Source of the DNA: a virus
Reading direction: 5' to 3' (one strand)
Virus record (IMG/VR): IMGVR_UViG_3300025645_000047
Span: 1-64,000 of that record
DNA length: 64,000 bases
The position numbers were made by a program, and so were the translations under genes. Positions 27,491 to 37,676 of this stretch are shown here, one piece after another (the first letter of the stretch is position 1; every line of letters starts with the position of its first letter). Below the pieces are notes generated by a model. That model was not told the origin of the DNA, did not search any database, and was given only the letters and a program-made list of their open reading frames with translations.

Positions 27491-28630
27491 ATGGAAGAAT
27501 TAAATTTAGGAGATTTGAATTTTGACACGGACACTCTTCAGTTATTTGATGAGTCAACAGGAGTGCAAGAACCAAAAGCAGACGGGACTACTCCTCCGTC
27601 AACAACAGTTGCAGATGCTGCAGTAGCTAATGTAACAAACGATACAAACACTGATGGTGAAGGTGATGATCCAGTGGATCCAAACCTAGAGAGCGTAGCT
27701 GATCAGAGTAAAGACAAAAATCAAGTTCAGGCAGGTAAAACACCTAATGGAAAAGAAGGCAGCGATTCTTCCTCTCCTAAACTGAATGAGACTGAACAGC
27801 TTTATTCAAACTTAGCTGCCGAATTCAAAGCCAAAGGTATTTTACCTGAGCTTGATGATGTTTCTTCTATAAAGTCTATGAAAGACATAGAAGAAGCAAT
27901 TAAGAAATCAGTCGATTCTAGACTAACAGAACGACAGAAAGTTATTGAAGATGCACAGAAAGCTGGAGCACCAATAACAGAGGTTTCTCAAAAAGTAGAC
28001 ACCATAGATAAACTTAAGCAGGTTACTCCTGAGTTTATTAGAGATGACAATAACATTCAGTTTAGAAAGACTGCAATTGTTCAAGATTTCATTGAAAAAG
28101 GATATGGTGCTGAAAGAGCTGAAGCAATGGCTCAAAGAAGTATTGATGCTGGTACAGATATTGAAGATGCAGAATTTGCATTAGAGAGTCTTATTAAATC
28201 AGAAGAGGCTTCTTTAAAAATTATAATTGATAATGCAAAGGCTGGAGAAAAAGAAAGCCTAAATAACATTAAAGATTATATTGCTAAAACATCAGAAGTA
28301 ATTCCTGGTATTGAATTAACTGATTCTCAAAAGGATGAGTTATACAATCAGATTACTACTGACTTAGGTAATAAGGACAACGCATTTATGGTTGCCCAAA
28401 AAGCTGATCCAATTGGATCTAGAATTAAACTCGAAGCTTTATTTTACTTAACTGGTGGTCTAAAAGACTTTTCTATATTTGGAAACAAAGCAGAAAGTAA
28501 GATTACTAATAACATAGAAAATTTATTAAGAGGTGCTAATTTTACGCAAGAAGGTTCAGTAGATACTAATGTAGCTGATGGAAATTCTAACTTTAAATTA
28601 TCAGATCTTAAGGATTTAACAATAGAGTAA
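27491..28630 (+). CDS. Acidic scaffold-like protein upstream of the MCP
   Basis: Disordered acidic N-terminus and helical C-terminus; conserved position in the crAss-like capsid module. Confidence 0.7.
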   Translation: MEELNLGDLNFDTDTLQLFDESTGVQEPKADGTTPPSTTVADAAVANVTNDTNTDGEGDDPVDPNLESVADQSKDKNQVQAGKTPNGKEGSDSSSPKLNETEQLYSNLAAEFKAKGILPELDDVSSIKSMKDIEEAIKKSVDSRLTERQKVIEDAQKAGAPITEVSQKVDTIDKLKQVTPEFIRDDNNIQFRKTAIVQDFIEKGYGAERAEAMAQRSIDAGTDIEDAEFALESLIKSEEASLKIIIDNAKAGEKESLNNIKDYIAKTSEVIPGIELTDSQKDELYNQITTDLGNKDNAFMVAQKADPIGSRIKLEALFYLTGGLKDFSIFGNKAESKITNNIENLLRGANFTQEGSVDTNVADGNSNFKLSDLKDLTIE

Positions 28631-28655
28631 ACAACTTTTTAAAAACAATTAAATT

Positions 28656-30155
28656 ATGCAATTAGGACGGTTCCAAGTAACTGACGCAAAAGCGTTTGCT
28701 GGTATGATTAATCCTGAAAACACATTAGGTGCTATCTGGAAAACATCTCCAACAAAGATTAATGATGCTATGATCAAATTGTTAGCAATCAATAGAGGTA
28801 AGTCTCTAGAGAACATGCTAGCTAAATTTGAGACTAAGCAAGTAGAGAATGACAATGAGTTCTATTGGGAGCTTATAGGCTCTTCTCGTAGAAACATTCC
28901 ATTAGTGGAAGCTTCTTTCAAAGGTGCAACTGTTACAGGTAGTGACAACAACATTGGAGAAGGTGGCCAAGAATTTGAATTAACATTTGACGAGCAGTGG
29001 TTCTTCAAAGGTGAATTGATTGTTGGTGAAAAAAATGAAGTGTATCCAATTAGACTATTAGATGATGGTTATCCATCAGGAAGTCAGTGGGTTCATACTG
29101 CAGAAATTGCAGGTTCAGATCGTTCAGGTATCCCTGGTTCTGAATTGGTAGCTGGAAAAAGATTTACTGAAGAGTTCGCTCCTGTAGGTAAAGGTTTATC
29201 TCGTGAAGTAGGTGGAATTCGTAGAGTTACTCCTGTCGCTATGAGAGGTGAGTTAACTACTATTCGTATTGACCACAAACTTCCAGGTGATGCTACAAAC
29301 AAGCAAGTTGTAATGGGTCTTCCTGTTATTGACAAGGCTGGTAACAAAAAAGTATTTGGTGCATTATCATTATACGAGGATTGGTTAGTAGAGCAAGAAT
29401 TTTCTCTTTACAAAAACAAATTCCTTATGTATGGTAAGACAAACAGAACTTCTGATGGTCAGTACCATAACAAAGATGTTTCTGGACGTAGTATCAAAAT
29501 TGGATCAGGTATCCGTGAGCAAATGGAGCAATCTAACACTTACTTCTACAATGATTTCTCAATTGAGTTATTAGAAGAAATCCTTTTCGGATTATCAGAA
29601 GGTAAGTTAGGATTCAACCAACGTGTTTTCATTCTTCGTACAGGAGAAAGAGGAGCTGCAGAATTCCACAAAGCTGTCTTACAGACAACTTCAGGATGGT
29701 CAGCTAACATGAGTACTCCAGGAACTAACCCTGCAACTGTAAAAAGCACTAGCTCTGAGTTACATAGTAACGCAATGGCTGCTGGATTCCAGTTCGTAGA
29801 GTATATGGCTCCAAACGGTGTAACTGTTAAGTTAGAAGTAGATGATTTCTATGATGATAAAATTCGTAACACAATCAAGATCCCTGGATCTAATGGTGTA
29901 GCTGAATCTTACAGATTTGATATCTTTTACATGGGTACTATGGAAGATCCAAACATCCAAAAAGTACAAGTTAAAGGTAAGGAAGAGTACCGTGGATATC
30001 AGTATGGTTTCAGAAATCCTTTTACAGGAGCTGTAAACAACGAGAACATGGGAACTTTAGAGGACAGTGGAACTATCACCAAATGGTGTCAGTTAGGAGT
30101 TGTGGTTTATGACCCAAGTCGTACCGCTTCAATCATCCCTTACGTATTAGCGTAA
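28656..30155 (+). CDS. Major capsid protein
   Basis: 499 aa; FYWELIGSSRRNIPL, GSGIREQME, LRTGERGA..F, GFQFVEY.APNG motifs of the crAss-like MCP; biased codon use; terminator downstream. Confidence 0.92.
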   Translation: MQLGRFQVTDAKAFAGMINPENTLGAIWKTSPTKINDAMIKLLAINRGKSLENMLAKFETKQVENDNEFYWELIGSSRRNIPLVEASFKGATVTGSDNNIGEGGQEFELTFDEQWFFKGELIVGEKNEVYPIRLLDDGYPSGSQWVHTAEIAGSDRSGIPGSELVAGKRFTEEFAPVGKGLSREVGGIRRVTPVAMRGELTTIRIDHKLPGDATNKQVVMGLPVIDKAGNKKVFGALSLYEDWLVEQEFSLYKNKFLMYGKTNRTSDGQYHNKDVSGRSIKIGSGIREQMEQSNTYFYNDFSIELLEEILFGLSEGKLGFNQRVFILRTGERGAAEFHKAVLQTTSGWSANMSTPGTNPATVKSTSSELHSNAMAAGFQFVEYMAPNGVTVKLEVDDFYDDKIRNTIKIPGSNGVAESYRFDIFYMGTMEDPNIQKVQVKGKEEYRGYQYGFRNPFTGAVNNENMGTLEDSGTITKWCQLGVVVYDPSRTASIIPYVLA

Positions 30156-30167
30156 TTGATAAAGACT

Positions 30168-30204
30168 TAATTACCCTCGTTTGTTCGATGAGGGTAATTA
30201 TTTT
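30168..30204 (+). terminator. Intrinsic terminator after the MCP
   Basis: TAATTACCCTC/GAGGGTAATTA then TTTT; second hairpin TTGGGAG/CTCCCAA at about 30216-30239. Confidence 0.75.
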
Positions 30205-30272
30205 AAAGTAACAGTTGGGAGATCTGTAAACACTCCCAAACATAAGGAAGGAAGAATCATAAATAAGATAAC

Positions 30273-31175
30273 ATGGCAACAGCTAAAAAAAGTGCAGCTT
30301 CAAATGAATCTGCAAAACAAATAAGAACTGATTTCTTAGAAGATAGGATAGTATCAGTAAAGCATATTCCAAATGAGACAAATGGAATTAAAGATATTAA
30401 GCACGTAGCATACGGAGGCTTATTGAATGGAGCAGAGGTAGCAATACCAGCACCAACAATGGATAATGGGAAGATGAAAAATCTTCTTACCAATGTAGAG
30501 AAAGAAGGATTAGAGCACGTATTGAATGGGGTTGACTTATCAATATACGGGCCATTCTGGAAAACTGGAGGAGATGCATATAGCATGGGTATTCTTCCTA
30601 TATACTTAGGTAAAGATGAATTAAGATTAGACTTGTCTGATCCTTATGATTACATCAAGTACAAAGTGTTATTAGCATGTCCAGTAGTTGCAAACACTCT
30701 TGATGAGATTAAGCACAGGGCTACTAACAAATTTGTACTAACATCAGCTTCTGAGCAAATGGCTAAAGAAATTGATAAAGTTGGAAACAAAGTACAAGCA
30801 TACAAGTTGTATGTAAAGTATGAAGAAGACAAAGAAATATTAAGATACACTTTAAGAAACCTTGGTAGAAATACTAACAGATCTCATAAGCTAGATTTCT
30901 TGCAGTCTGAATTACATAAAGAACTTGAGAAGAACCCAAGTTTACTTTGTTCTATTATGGGTGATGATTTTCTAAAAATGAAAGTGTTGTTAGAATCTTG
31001 TTACGAATTTGGAGCAATTAATAAAGTAGAGAAGAAGTTTTATACTTTAGATGATGAGCCTATTTCTGATGGAGATGCTCCAATCCTACAAACTGCTGCT
31101 GAATTTTTAGCATCTAATTTAGGACAAGAAATGAGGTTAGCATTGCAAGCAAAGCTTAAGCATAACTTAAAGTAG
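30273..31175 (+). CDS. Conserved crAss-like capsid-module protein
   Basis: Directly after the MCP; LDLSDPYDYIKYKVLLA motif. Confidence 0.75.
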   Translation: MATAKKSAASNESAKQIRTDFLEDRIVSVKHIPNETNGIKDIKHVAYGGLLNGAEVAIPAPTMDNGKMKNLLTNVEKEGLEHVLNGVDLSIYGPFWKTGGDAYSMGILPIYLGKDELRLDLSDPYDYIKYKVLLACPVVANTLDEIKHRATNKFVLTSASEQMAKEIDKVGNKVQAYKLYVKYEEDKEILRYTLRNLGRNTNRSHKLDFLQSELHKELEKNPSLLCSIMGDDFLKMKVLLESCYEFGAINKVEKKFYTLDDEPISDGDAPILQTAAEFLASNLGQEMRLALQAKLKHNLK

Positions 31176-31185
31176 GATATAGACA

Positions 31186-31968
31186 ATGACTGCATCAGAA
31201 ACAAAAGAAGAGTTTAATTTAAGATATAACAATGCACTGGAAGGTGCACCTGGTTTAGACACTTTTGAAATAAGTTCTTACTTAACTATTGCACAAGAGC
31301 AATTTGTAAAGCTTATGTATGATGCGTCAAAAGATCCTGCTAATTCTTTTGAACTTCACGAGAGAGCTCGTAGATCATTAAATGAGTTGGTTGTAAACGA
31401 GAAGGTAACACTTCCGGTTGCGTCTGCTAGAGGATTAGTTGATGAGTCGGTATTTTATGAGATAGGTGCAGGTGGTGGTATTCAAGCTGCTGAGGTTAGA
31501 ACTCCAATGTATATTGTTTTAGAGACAGTAAGGATAGATGTTAAACGAGGTAGTAATGAAGAGTTTAATTACTCAAACAGAGTAATACCTGTATTGCCAA
31601 CAACTCATGATGAGTTTATGATTAACTATAGAAATCCATTTAGAAAGCCAAACAATAATAAAGTATGGCGTGTAGATCTTTCTAAAGAAAACTCTAAGAC
31701 TACTGTAGAATTAGTAGCAACAGTGGCTATTAAGGAATACAATGTCCGATATATTGCTTATCCTTTTCCTATCATAGTGGAAAACTTAAGTACAGCTGAG
31801 GATACTGCTGGACTTGGATTGTCAATTAATGGTAAGGTAGCACAAGCTGCATGTCAGTTAAATGAGGCAGCTCAAAGAGAGATAATTAACATTGCTGTAG
31901 AAAATGCAGTTCTAGATTATAGAGACGGAACTTTACAGTCTAGAATGTCATTAGACGCAAGAGTATAA
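31186..31968 (+). CDS. Tail ring / head-tail connector protein
   Basis: EFNLRYNN...APGLD.FEIS.YLT.AQE...Y.VRYI.YP.PII...EIINIAVE pattern of crAss-like ring proteins. Confidence 0.75.
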   Translation: MTASETKEEFNLRYNNALEGAPGLDTFEISSYLTIAQEQFVKLMYDASKDPANSFELHERARRSLNELVVNEKVTLPVASARGLVDESVFYEIGAGGGIQAAEVRTPMYIVLETVRIDVKRGSNEEFNYSNRVIPVLPTTHDEFMINYRNPFRKPNNNKVWRVDLSKENSKTTVELVATVAIKEYNVRYIAYPFPIIVENLSTAEDTAGLGLSINGKVAQAACQLNEAAQREIINIAVENAVLDYRDGTLQSRMSLDARV

Positions 31969-31982
31969 TAAATTAAAAAATA

Positions 31983-32014
31983 TTAGGAGGTTTGATACGT
32001 CCACCTTATATTTA
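31983..32014 (+). promoter_or_regulatory. Host-type -33/-7 promoter
   Basis: TTAGGA at 31983, TATATTTA at 32007 (offset 24). Confidence 0.55.
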
Positions 32015-32066
32015 CATAAACGATTGTATCAAAAACAATTTATATTAATTAAACACAATTTTTATT

Positions 32067-33035
32067 ATGGGATTAGCCGGTCAAAATCAGGTTAGACACA
32101 TGTACGTAGGTGCTCCAGTAGACGTAGCAACTGTAGCTTTATTAAAAGCTGAAGCTGTAAATAGCTTGCAACTTTTAGGAGCAACAGGTGAAGCAGTAGC
32201 AGCTGGAAAAGCTTTTAAAATGTACCAAAAGGATGCACTAGGAAACATTATCTCTAGTGATACCATTAAGCCAGATAATGTAACTCATGTAGCATCAGTA
32301 GCTTACCAAGCTGCAACAGACAAAGCTGTAACAATTTCTGCTTTAACAGTAGACGTTAACAGTCTTTATACTGTATCTATCGAGATAGTAGGACATGGTT
32401 CTTTGTCTCCAGAAGACACTTACCTAAAGCAAGCTTTTTACAAAGCAGTTGCAGGTGATGATCAAGAAGCTATCGTTGATGGTTTAATTGCATCTTTGAA
32501 TCGTAACTTTTCTCGTGAGATTGGAGCAACAGCAACAAGCAACCCTGCATTTGCATTTAGCAAAACTGGAACTGGAGCTGCAGCAGCTTTAGTAGTTACA
32601 GGTAAAGCTCAATCAGCAGGATTTGATGGAAACAAAAAGACTCGTGTATACGATGCTTTTGAAGTAGATATCAAATGTGAAACTTATCCAACTGTAGCAG
32701 TTACTACTCCAGCATTTGCAGGTGTAGGAACAGGATTCCAAATTGTTGAGATGGAATACTTCCTTCTTGGTGAAAGAGGAGATGCTTACAGAACTAATGG
32801 TTACCCGTTCAACCTAGTTGGGCCAGACCTAGTTTCTAACGCAGCTGGAACTTACAACATCATTGAGATTGTTTATTTTGATGAAGGTAGAGATGAAGCT
32901 AAGAAGTCTAAGAAAGGTTTAACTATCGTTGCACCATTCACTAACTTAGCAGGTAATGCAGCTTTAAACACTGTAATTGCAGATCTTAATACTATATTAG
33001 GAGCAGGTTCAGTAGACGCACTAGCAGAAGCATAG
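32067..33035 (+). CDS. Abundant structural protein (auxiliary capsid protein-like)
   Basis: NQVRHMYV and G.G..I.EMEYF..GERGD.YR..GYP motifs; own promoter and terminator; MCP-like codon bias. Confidence 0.72.
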   Translation: MGLAGQNQVRHMYVGAPVDVATVALLKAEAVNSLQLLGATGEAVAAGKAFKMYQKDALGNIISSDTIKPDNVTHVASVAYQAATDKAVTISALTVDVNSLYTVSIEIVGHGSLSPEDTYLKQAFYKAVAGDDQEAIVDGLIASLNRNFSREIGATATSNPAFAFSKTGTGAAAALVVTGKAQSAGFDGNKKTRVYDAFEVDIKCETYPTVAVTTPAFAGVGTGFQIVEMEYFLLGERGDAYRTNGYPFNLVGPDLVSNAAGTYNIIEIVYFDEGRDEAKKSKKGLTIVAPFTNLAGNAALNTVIADLNTILGAGSVDALAEA

Positions 33036-33060
33036 TAGTCTAAACTAAACTAAAATTACC

Positions 33061-33099
33061 AAAGGGACTGGAATTTAATTTTCCCAGTCCCTTTTTTTT
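33061..33099 (+). terminator. Intrinsic terminator
   Basis: AAAGGGACTGG/CCAGTCCCTTT followed by a T-run. Confidence 0.88.
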
Positions 33100-33123
33100 A
33101 TTCATTATAACAAAAAAAACATT

Positions 33124-33705
33124 ATGTCAATAACAGTAAATACATTTATGGTCTCTAATGACCTTAGTACTATACAGCTTGACGTAGAAGTAACTGCTGG
33201 CCAAGTTGTAGATAATTTACTACTATGGGATCAGGATACCTACAAGAACCCAGCTACTGCGGTAAGTCTAACATCTTTAATTTCTGGTGCTAGCAATGTT
33301 GAGAGTATTGAAATTACAGCAGCACAAGCAGGTGTTTCATCTTTTAGTGGTATTTATTTTCTACAAATAGAAACAGATGACGAAGAGGCTATTGTTGTAG
33401 CTACATTTAATCTAACACAATACTATATAATTCAAGCTAAGCTTATTGCAAACATTGACTTGTCTTGCTTAAACTGTAATGGCAACTTTCAGAATGCAAT
33501 CTTATTTGACATGTACTTGGAAGCAACTAAACAGTCATTAGTACTTGGAAGATTCCAAGATGCTATTGACAATCTAAAAAAATTAATAATCACAGTAGAC
33601 ACATCTGATTGTGACACTTGTAATGATATAGAGCCATTGGTTTCAACGGCAGGAAATATTGTATCAGTAGGTGTTATAGATTGCTTACTTACAGAAACAC
33701 CTTAA
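33124..33705 (+). CDS. Virion structural protein with CxxC pairs
   Basis: Ig-like N-terminus, CLNC..FQNAIL, CDTC; crAss-like tail-module synteny. Confidence 0.6.
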   Translation: MSITVNTFMVSNDLSTIQLDVEVTAGQVVDNLLLWDQDTYKNPATAVSLTSLISGASNVESIEITAAQAGVSSFSGIYFLQIETDDEEAIVVATFNLTQYYIIQAKLIANIDLSCLNCNGNFQNAILFDMYLEATKQSLVLGRFQDAIDNLKKLIITVDTSDCDTCNDIEPLVSTAGNIVSVGVIDCLLTETP

Positions 33706-33706
33706 G

Positions 33707-34687
33707 ATGAAAGAAAAAGATGCGAGAATATTTGTCACATCAGTATCTAATGCTTCTAAAAGGTTAGAGTATTATGGTGATGCACAAATAGAAGGAATAA
33801 CTTTACTTAAGTTAATATATAAGTATGCAAGTTATTGTACAACATATAAGCAGCTACAACGCCTTAACTCTATGGTTTCAACACTACAGACCACTGATCA
33901 TTTAATATGCATGGAGTATCAAGCACTTCCTGCTTACAATGTGCCTTTAAGCGGAACAGGAGAAGTAGTGATAGGTGCAGGAAGCCCTAATCAGCCTCCT
34001 ACACTTGGAGATATATCAATAACTCTTCTTGAAGGAATAACTGCGTTTGGATTTGCAGATGTAGTGTTGTATGAAAATTATGTAGATGATGCTGGTGGTT
34101 CTCCATCAGGCTTTGTAATAAAAACACTTCCTGCTAACGGAGGATTATATTATGGTAATGAGATAGTAACTTTAAATACTATATTGCCTATTTCTGCTTT
34201 CTTAATATTTGAAAGATATCCAGATGGAATATCAGGAGTGGATGATGCATATGTAACTACGTTTACATTTTCAGCATTTGATGACAACACACAACTTCCA
34301 CTTGAATCTAACATAGCAACAGTAACAGTCAATGTAGACGCATTAGGAGTAACAAATGAACCAGCAACAGTGGGAGATAGAGCACAGTATTCAGACAACA
34401 GAGCTACAACAGTATTTACAGTAGCTGATTTTACAGTTAATGCAATAGCACCATACTTTGATCCAGAAGGAAATGATCTTGATGCAATTCGTATTGATGA
34501 GGTGTCAGACGCTAACACTGGAGTTTATTATTTCTTTGATGCTGAAGTAACTGTAGGACAAGTTATAACCAATGCAGAAATAGCTGCAGGTGCTTTTTAT
34601 CACGTTGCAGCAGATCAGAATGAAATATCAACAGACACGTTTGAGGCAAGTGTAAGAGACACTGGCTCTATGATATGGGTAAGTTAA
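33707..34687 (+). CDS. Structural protein: helical N-terminus plus two cadherin/Ig-like repeats
   Basis: YFDPEGNDLDAIRI and IKTLPANGGLY repeats related to 19712 and 34706. Confidence 0.65.
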   Translation: MKEKDARIFVTSVSNASKRLEYYGDAQIEGITLLKLIYKYASYCTTYKQLQRLNSMVSTLQTTDHLICMEYQALPAYNVPLSGTGEVVIGAGSPNQPPTLGDISITLLEGITAFGFADVVLYENYVDDAGGSPSGFVIKTLPANGGLYYGNEIVTLNTILPISAFLIFERYPDGISGVDDAYVTTFTFSAFDDNTQLPLESNIATVTVNVDALGVTNEPATVGDRAQYSDNRATTVFTVADFTVNAIAPYFDPEGNDLDAIRIDEVSDANTGVYYFFDAEVTVGQVITNAEIAAGAFYHVAADQNEISTDTFEASVRDTGSMIWVS

Positions 34688-34705
34688 TTTAAAACAAATA
34701 AAATA

Positions 34706-35446
34706 ATGTTATATACACTAACTAATGGTGGGCTTCAAAATGGTAGGCCCACCGCAATAGGATCAGTTTCAATAGGAATGAGCTCTGTACAAACTCATGT
34801 ATTTACTGTTGCTAATTTTACAACAGAGACATCTCCTGCTTATTCTGACCCTGAAAATGATCCATTAGCATACATAAAAATATTAAGTCTACCAGACACA
34901 GGAACTTTAGCTGTACAGGGTATTATATCTCAAGCAGTTACTGTTGGAACTCTTATTCAAGTAGGAGTTATCACATCAGGAAATTTTGTATACATAGCCA
35001 CAGGTGTTGAAAGCTATACTAGTACTTGGAACTTTGATGCTGCTGATACGGGATCTAATTCACTTAGTGGATTAAATTCAGGTACTGTAGCAATGGCTGT
35101 AATAGGAGTGGCTAATGAAAAGCCATCTCTTGTTGGAGACAATACTATAGCAAAAAATTACTCAGAGTCACACGTGTTTAGCTTAGCAGATTTTACAAGT
35201 AATACTACGCCAGCTTACACTGACCCGGAAGGTGATTTACCACAAGCTGTAAAGATATTAAGCATCCCTTCAAATGGATCTCTTCAGTTTAATGGTTCTA
35301 ACGTAATAGTTAACCAGATAATAAAAGCCAATGAAGTTGACTTAGGTTATTTGGTATACGTGCCTAACCTGGCCACCACTACAGTTCAAACTTTAACTTT
35401 TAACTTTGCAGTATCTGATGTAGGATCTGGAGAATTTACAGAATAA
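34706..35446 (+). CDS. Tandem cadherin/Ig-like repeat protein
   Basis: Paralog of 19712..20452, both 246 aa; HVFTVANFTTETSPAYSDPENDPL. Confidence 0.72.
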   Translation: MLYTLTNGGLQNGRPTAIGSVSIGMSSVQTHVFTVANFTTETSPAYSDPENDPLAYIKILSLPDTGTLAVQGIISQAVTVGTLIQVGVITSGNFVYIATGVESYTSTWNFDAADTGSNSLSGLNSGTVAMAVIGVANEKPSLVGDNTIAKNYSESHVFSLADFTSNTTPAYTDPEGDLPQAVKILSIPSNGSLQFNGSNVIVNQIIKANEVDLGYLVYVPNLATTTVQTLTFNFAVSDVGSGEFTE

Positions 35447-35447
35447 T

Positions 35448-35834
35448 ATGGGAGTAATGACATTGTTTATTGGAGAAGAATATATAGTAGGAACTGGACA
35501 GCATGGTGATATAGATACGGTAATAAGTACTGTGTCTGTATGCGAAGGAGTATGGAGTCTTCAAGTTGTTTGTACCTCATCATTGTGGGTTGAGTTTGAT
35601 TTGTCAGATGCATTTTGCACTGTGACAAGAGCAGATAATGATCCTTTTGTGAATGGAGAAACACTTACTGGAAACAGAGAATACATTATATCTATCACTG
35701 GCTTTCAATCATTTGCTGGTCAACAAAATACTACTGAGTCACAAGTAGTGTGTACTGTAAAGAATACTGAACTTGGAGCAGAGATAAACTCTTCAGAAAT
35801 GACTAGGCTTCATGCTAGTTTAAATTGTAATTAA
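35448..35834 (+). CDS. Small beta-rich structural protein
   Basis: Resembles the N-terminal half of 20452..21171. Confidence 0.55.
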   Translation: MGVMTLFIGEEYIVGTGQHGDIDTVISTVSVCEGVWSLQVVCTSSLWVEFDLSDAFCTVTRADNDPFVNGETLTGNREYIISITGFQSFAGQQNTTESQVVCTVKNTELGAEINSSEMTRLHASLNCN

Positions 35835-35837
35835 TAA

Positions 35838-35898
35838 AGGTGTATCACTTGTTTGTGATATGCCTACTTGACTTCTCTATTTAATTTTTATATATTTG
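35838..35898 (+). promoter_or_regulatory. Hairpin followed by a host-type -33/-7 promoter
   Basis: AGGTGTATCAC/GTGATATGCCT hairpin; CTTGAC at 35867, TATATTTG at 35891 (offset 24). Confidence 0.7.
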
Positions 35899-35902
35899 TT
35901 AC

Positions 35903-36943
35903 ATGGAAGATAAAATTATTAAAGACTTTTTACTGAGCAAAAGAGGATACCTCAAAAAAGGAAATGTAACAATCCAAGCTGCACTGGCAAAAAAATATGG
36001 GATGGCATTTCATACAGATGACATTAGAAGCTGCAAGAAGGCAGTCAAGAAATCACTTAAGAAAATAAGAAACCTTGATGTAATTACAGAAGACTTTAGA
36101 GAGAATATACAAAGAGTAGAGGCCATGGTTTTTACTCCAATTAAAAAAGCTCCTAAGGTAGCATTAAGTACAAACATAGCACCGGATATTGCAGATCAAG
36201 AAGGAATGCATATACTAATGGGATGTAATCATGTTCCATTTCATCATAAAAGATTACATGATGGAATAAGAAAGATGATGCTTGATCATTCAGATAAGAT
36301 CGTAGGCTTTCATCTAATGGGTGATTTTGCAGACATTAATACTTTGTCATCACATGACAAAGGAAGGTTCACTGCGGTGCCTGGATTAACTCTTGACGAT
36401 GAGTATGCAGCTTGTAATGATGAGCTAGATATGTTTGCTCAAGCAATGAGTCCAAATGTATGGAAAACATATTTATATGGTAACCATGAAGACAGACATA
36501 ATAGATGGATGTCTAATATGGATAATGCTAAAACACCATTAACTGCTCCTAGAGAAGGTATGGATTTAGTAGAAAGAGGTTACCATGTTAAAAACAAATG
36601 GTCACAAGATTACTTTACACTTGGTAATGATTTTGAGATTTTTCACGGAATTTACTTTAGCATACATAATGCTAAGGCTCACCTAGACAAACTAAGAACA
36701 TCTTGTGCTTATGTACATACTCATAGAATCCAGAACTACCGTGAAGGAAGGATGGCCGCCTTTAATATTGGTGCGTGTGCAGACTTTACGACCTCAGCCT
36801 TTAATTATGCCACGAGACCAATGAAGGCTCAATGGGCTAATGGTTTTGCTATTAACATGATTGACCATAAAGGTAATTCAAACATAACACAAATTAATGT
36901 AAATCCTGACGGAAGATTTTGGTTCGGAGGAATACGTTACTAA
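35903..36943 (+). CDS. Calcineurin-like metallophosphoesterase
   Basis: Motifs CNH (in place of DxH), GDFAD, GNHED, FHG, VHTH; basic N-terminal domain. Confidence 0.85.
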   Translation: MEDKIIKDFLLSKRGYLKKGNVTIQAALAKKYGMAFHTDDIRSCKKAVKKSLKKIRNLDVITEDFRENIQRVEAMVFTPIKKAPKVALSTNIAPDIADQEGMHILMGCNHVPFHHKRLHDGIRKMMLDHSDKIVGFHLMGDFADINTLSSHDKGRFTAVPGLTLDDEYAACNDELDMFAQAMSPNVWKTYLYGNHEDRHNRWMSNMDNAKTPLTAPREGMDLVERGYHVKNKWSQDYFTLGNDFEIFHGIYFSIHNAKAHLDKLRTSCAYVHTHRIQNYREGRMAAFNIGACADFTTSAFNYATRPMKAQWANGFAINMIDHKGNSNITQINVNPDGRFWFGGIRY

Positions 36944-36953
36944 TAAATAACAA

Positions 36954-37676
36954 ATGGTTAAAAGAGAGCTTATATATACAATATTTGAAAAGCTAAACAT
37001 CAACAGTGACGACACACATGTTACTGAAGAATTAGTTAGCTCACTTATTGATACAAAGAGAGCAATGTTGTTAAAGCAGCAATATGCAAAGAATGCTTGG
37101 CACATGCCAATTGAAATTAAGCAAGAGCTTTGCCTAGATTTAGAACTCGTTAACAATGTTAGTGGGTATTCTTGTGCTGGAAAGGTACTCTCTACTAAAC
37201 TGGAACTACCTAGGTCTATTAAGATTAAAGGTAAAGAAGGTCCATTAATAGTAAGGAAAGAAGATGGAGGAGAAATAGCAATAAACATTGTGCCAATAGA
37301 AAGGGTTCCATTCTTATTCTCTAATAAATTTACGCAACATTTAATATACTGTGCAGTTGATTATAATGGAAAGTTATTTTTAATGTCTAATGACAACAAG
37401 ATTAAGTTTTTAAAAAGCATAAAAGTAACTGATGTATTTGAGCAACCAGATATTGCAAGACAACTTACTTGTACTTATGATAACACTGTAGAGGTGTGGG
37501 ACGCTGACTATCCTGTAGAGTCAGCAATGTCAGATGTAATTGTACAAATGGTAGTACAAGATTTAACTAGGTCTCTTCAAGTACCTGCAGATGTTACTAA
37601 TAACGCTTCTGATGACAGAGAGGAGCAAGCACTTCCACAATATGCAAGAAGACCACAACGACAAAGAAGAAGATAA
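36954..37676 (+). CDS. Tail ring / tubular protein
   Basis: RELIY.I.E.L...SDD...RAMLLKQ.Y...Q.LCLDLE...VFEQP...DYPVE pattern; synteny. Confidence 0.72.
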   Translation: MVKRELIYTIFEKLNINSDDTHVTEELVSSLIDTKRAMLLKQQYAKNAWHMPIEIKQELCLDLELVNNVSGYSCAGKVLSTKLELPRSIKIKGKEGPLIVRKEDGGEIAINIVPIERVPFLFSNKFTQHLIYCAVDYNGKLFLMSNDNKIKFLKSIKVTDVFEQPDIARQLTCTYDNTVEVWDADYPVESAMSDVIVQMVVQDLTRSLQVPADVTNNASDDREEQALPQYARRPQRQRRR

